Below, one piece after another: positions 30,111-32,000 of a DNA stretch of 32,000 nucleotides. The notes below the pieces were generated by a model. It made no database searches, was not told where the DNA came from, and worked only from the letters and a program-made list of their open reading frames with translations. How positions within the stretch are numbered: the first letter of the stretch is position 1; each line of letters opens with the position of its first letter. The position numbers and the translations under genes were made by a program. This DNA is from Candidatus Saganbacteria bacterium (GTDB taxonomy: Bacteria > Margulisbacteria > WOR-1 > JAKLHX01), in contig JAPLKZ010000010.1 of assembly GCA_026387835.1 (NCBI GenBank), positions 1 to 32,000 on the forward strand, in the 5' to 3' direction.

Positions 30111-30132
30111 GGTGGCCTTATTGCATTATAAT
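30104..30132 (+). promoter_or_regulatory. Candidate sigma70-type promoter for the kinase-like gene
   Basis: TTGTCA (30104..30109), a 17-nt spacer, then TATAAT (30127..30132), ending 29 nt upstream of the ATG at 30162. Sequence pattern only. Confidence 0.4.
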
Positions 30133-30161
30133 GAAAAGACCTTAAAGGATACTTCGTTATT

Positions 30162-30725
30162 ATGGAACTGATCGGTTTGACGGGACTTAATGCCTCCGGA
30201 AAAGGCACGATCGCGGACTTTTTGAAGGAAAAGGGTTTCGTTTATTATTCACTTTCGGATATAGTGCGTGAAGAAGCTACGGCCCTCGGCATGGATCATT
30301 CCAGGGAAAGTCTGATTTTTGCGGGCAATAAACTGAGAAAAGACTTCGGGCCTTCCGTACTTGCAAAAAAGATCGCGGAAAAGCTCCGGCAGGCAAATAC
30401 TTCAAAGGCCGTGATCGACAGTATCAGGAACCTTGCCGAGATCGCGGAACTAAGAAAACTGCCGGGTTTTGTCCTTATCGCCGCTGACGCGCCGCCGGAA
30501 GTCCGTTTTGAACGGGCAAGATCGCGAGGCCGCATTGGGTTTGAGAGGACGCTCGAGGATTTTATCGCCGTGGAACAAAAGGAAAATACATCGGATCCTG
30601 ACAGGCAGCAGCTTGCGGCCTGCCTGAAAGCCGCGGATATCACTGTCAGTAATGAGGGGACCGTAGAGGAATTGAAGATTAAGTTGGGAAAATTACTAAT
30701 GACTAATTATGGAATAATATTATAA
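30162..30725 (+). CDS. Small P-loop nucleotide kinase-like protein (dephospho-CoA kinase-like / UPF0200-like architecture)
   Basis: 187 aa. Walker A GLTGLNASGKGT at the extreme N-terminus, then ..VIDSIRNLAEIAELRK...LIAADAPPEVRFERARSRGR and a C-terminal ..AADITVSNEGTVEEL. This layout matches small CoaE/UPF0200-type kinases as I remember them. The substrate cannot be assigned from sequence alone. Confidence 0.6.
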   Translation: MELIGLTGLNASGKGTIADFLKEKGFVYYSLSDIVREEATALGMDHSRESLIFAGNKLRKDFGPSVLAKKIAEKLRQANTSKAVIDSIRNLAEIAELRKLPGFVLIAADAPPEVRFERARSRGRIGFERTLEDFIAVEQKENTSDPDRQQLAACLKAADITVSNEGTVEELKIKLGKLLMTNYGIIL

Positions 30726-30759
30726 TCCTTCCTTCATTAGACATTAGTCATTAGTAATT
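30691..30759. terminator. 17-bp perfect AT-rich inverted repeat between convergent genes (candidate bidirectional terminator)
   Basis: AATTACTAATGACTAAT (30691..30707) is the exact reverse complement of ATTAGTCATTAGTAATT (30743..30759), with a 35-nt spacer. On the minus-strand transcript the hairpin is followed by TTTT. The left arm lies inside the last codons of the kinase-like CDS. Confidence 0.4.
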
Positions 30760-30771
30760 AGTCATTTCCCC

Positions 30772-31635
30772 TTATCTCCCGTAAATGACCCTTTCTATCT
30801 CTTTTCTCATGCCCTCCTCGTCCGAAAGCATATAATATCCCCTTTCAAGCCTTGCATCGCCGCCCGGGATCACGCCTGTAACAACCGTCCCTGTACGGTA
30901 TATCGAAGATATTTTCAGGGCGATCCTTGCAGCCTGTGATATTCCCATGTTCGTTCTCACGTTCGAGGACATCGTATATAATATGTAAGGGAACCTGATG
31001 AGGTTTGAAGGCCTCATCAGCTCTTTTGCCAAAGCCTCAAAAAACTTGTGCTGCCTGTCTATCCTTCCCCAGTCGCTTGTCCTGTCATGCCTGAACCTTA
31101 CATACCCCATCGTTTCGTAACCGGAAAGCCTTTGCCTGCCCTGCGACAGATGAATATGCAGGTCAGCCGCATAGTCGTCATAATATAAAGGTTTTTCGAC
31201 ATCAAGAGTCACACCGCCGATCCTGTCAACAAGGTCCACGAACATGGGGAAGTTCACTTCAATATAATAATATACAGGGATCTTAAGAAAATTAGAGACC
31301 GTGGCGCAAGAAAGCTCCGGGCCTCCGTAAGTGTGAGCGTGGTTTATCTTATCCTGTCCGTGGCCCGGTATATCCACCAACGTATCTCTCGGTATTGAAA
31401 GGATGCCCATCCTGCTGCGCGCGAAGTCGATGTGCACCAGGTTTATCGAGTCTGAACGCGTCTTCAATCCTTCCTTTGTGTCTATGCCCATCACCAGCAC
31501 GTTTATCTGGTCATTCTCTTTTATCAGCCCTCTTTTTATCCCGATAAAAAGACCTGTCGCGATAATAAGCGACATCAGGGATATGAGAACTATTTTTGAC
31601 GGGTTTTGAATGTTCGTCAGCCTTCGACCAGCCAC
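30772..31635 (-). CDS. LytR/CpsA/Psr (LCP) family cell-envelope glycopolymer transferase
   Basis: 287 aa. N-terminal TM helix IVLISLMSLIIATGLFIGI, then VLVMGIDT....RSDSINLVHID.....GILSIPRDTLVDIPGHGQDKINHAHTYGG...GYVRFRHDRTSDWGRIDRQ. GTG start at 31635, overlapping the upstream gene by 19 nt. The next in-frame ATG would cut the TM helix. Confidence 0.85.
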   Translation of the reverse strand: MAGRRLTNIQNPSKIVLISLMSLIIATGLFIGIKRGLIKENDQINVLVMGIDTKEGLKTRSDSINLVHIDFARSRMGILSIPRDTLVDIPGHGQDKINHAHTYGGPELSCATVSNFLKIPVYYYIEVNFPMFVDLVDRIGGVTLDVEKPLYYDDYAADLHIHLSQGRQRLSGYETMGYVRFRHDRTSDWGRIDRQHKFFEALAKELMRPSNLIRFPYILYTMSSNVRTNMGISQAARIALKISSIYRTGTVVTGVIPGGDARLERGYYMLSDEEGMRKEIERVIYGR

Positions 31636-32000
31636 TTTTCCTCTTTATGGAACCACTGCGCCGGATCGTTCAGATACAGATACGTATCCTGAAGGATGTC
31701 GAAATGGGAATTTTCCTCTTTTGAAAGAAAAGCAAAAAGGCTTTTCGCGGCCGGATCTTCCGTATCCTCCGCCACTTTCTTGTAAAAATCAAACCCTTTC
31801 TTTTCCAGTTCCATGGATATCTCGTAAGCGTGCAGGAGCTCATTCTCCGTCGGGGCCTTATTATCAAGAGAGGTTTTGATATCGTTCAGGATCTCCGTCT
31901 TTATCTTTTCGCTGTCTTTTGTAGTGTTTTCGTCTGCCGGGGAAATTTGAGCGCCGGTCATTTTCGCGTAAAACTCCTCGATTGCTTTTTTGTGGAGCAG
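31617..32000 (-). CDS. Rubrerythrin/ferritin-like domain protein; 5' end outside the window
   Basis: ELLHAYEISMELEKKGFDFYKKVAE...AKSLFAFLSKEENSHFDIL looks like a diiron four-helix-bundle half-site (E..H). The frame stays open upstream of the ORF-track ATG (31961) to position 32000 (LLHKKAIEEFYAK MTGAQ...). The gene is therefore probably longer than 114 aa and truncated by the window edge. Confidence 0.6.
   Translation of the reverse strand: MLHKKAIEEFYAKMTGAQISPADENTTKDSEKIKTEILNDIKTSLDNKAPTENELLHAYEISMELEKKGFDFYKKVAEDTEDPAAKSLFAFLSKEENSHFDILQDTYLYLNDPAQWFHKEEKWLVEG

Overview
Almost the whole window (793..29983, minus strand) is one co-directional block of 44 protein genes plus tRNA-Trp. The order is rpmG, tRNA-Trp, secE, nusG, rplKAJL, rpoBC, rpsL, rpsG, fusA, then the S10, spc and alpha ribosomal-protein clusters (with secY, adk, map, infA, rpmJ), then rplM and rpsI. 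Gaps are at most 61 nt and nine junctions overlap. Only the flanks are non-core. On the left are the 5' part of an FGE/SUMF1-type gene (1..457, minus) and a degenerate ORF6N-domain remnant. On the right are a divergently transcribed small P-loop kinase-like gene (plus), an AT-rich inverted repeat between convergent genes, an LCP (LytR/CpsA/Psr) gene and a truncated rubrerythrin-like gene. I added rpmJ (missing from the ORF track) and the FGE fragment by hand translation, and trimmed several over-long ORF-track starts (TTG/GTG artefacts overlapping upstream genes). TGA ends many conserved genes, so the code is standard. I see no CRISPR array, transposase, integrase, toxin-like or defence-like gene, and no support for a novel system: this is a housekeeping region. 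What is worth recording is organisational. All canonical translation and transcription operons are fused. tuf is absent from both usual positions and rpmD (L30) is absent. The usual L10, L1, S10 and rplL-rpoB regulatory spacers have no room. NusG and uS9 carry long low-complexity N-terminal extensions, and many proteins are Cys4 zinc-ribbon forms. All functional calls rest on motifs I recognise by eye; no database search was possible.
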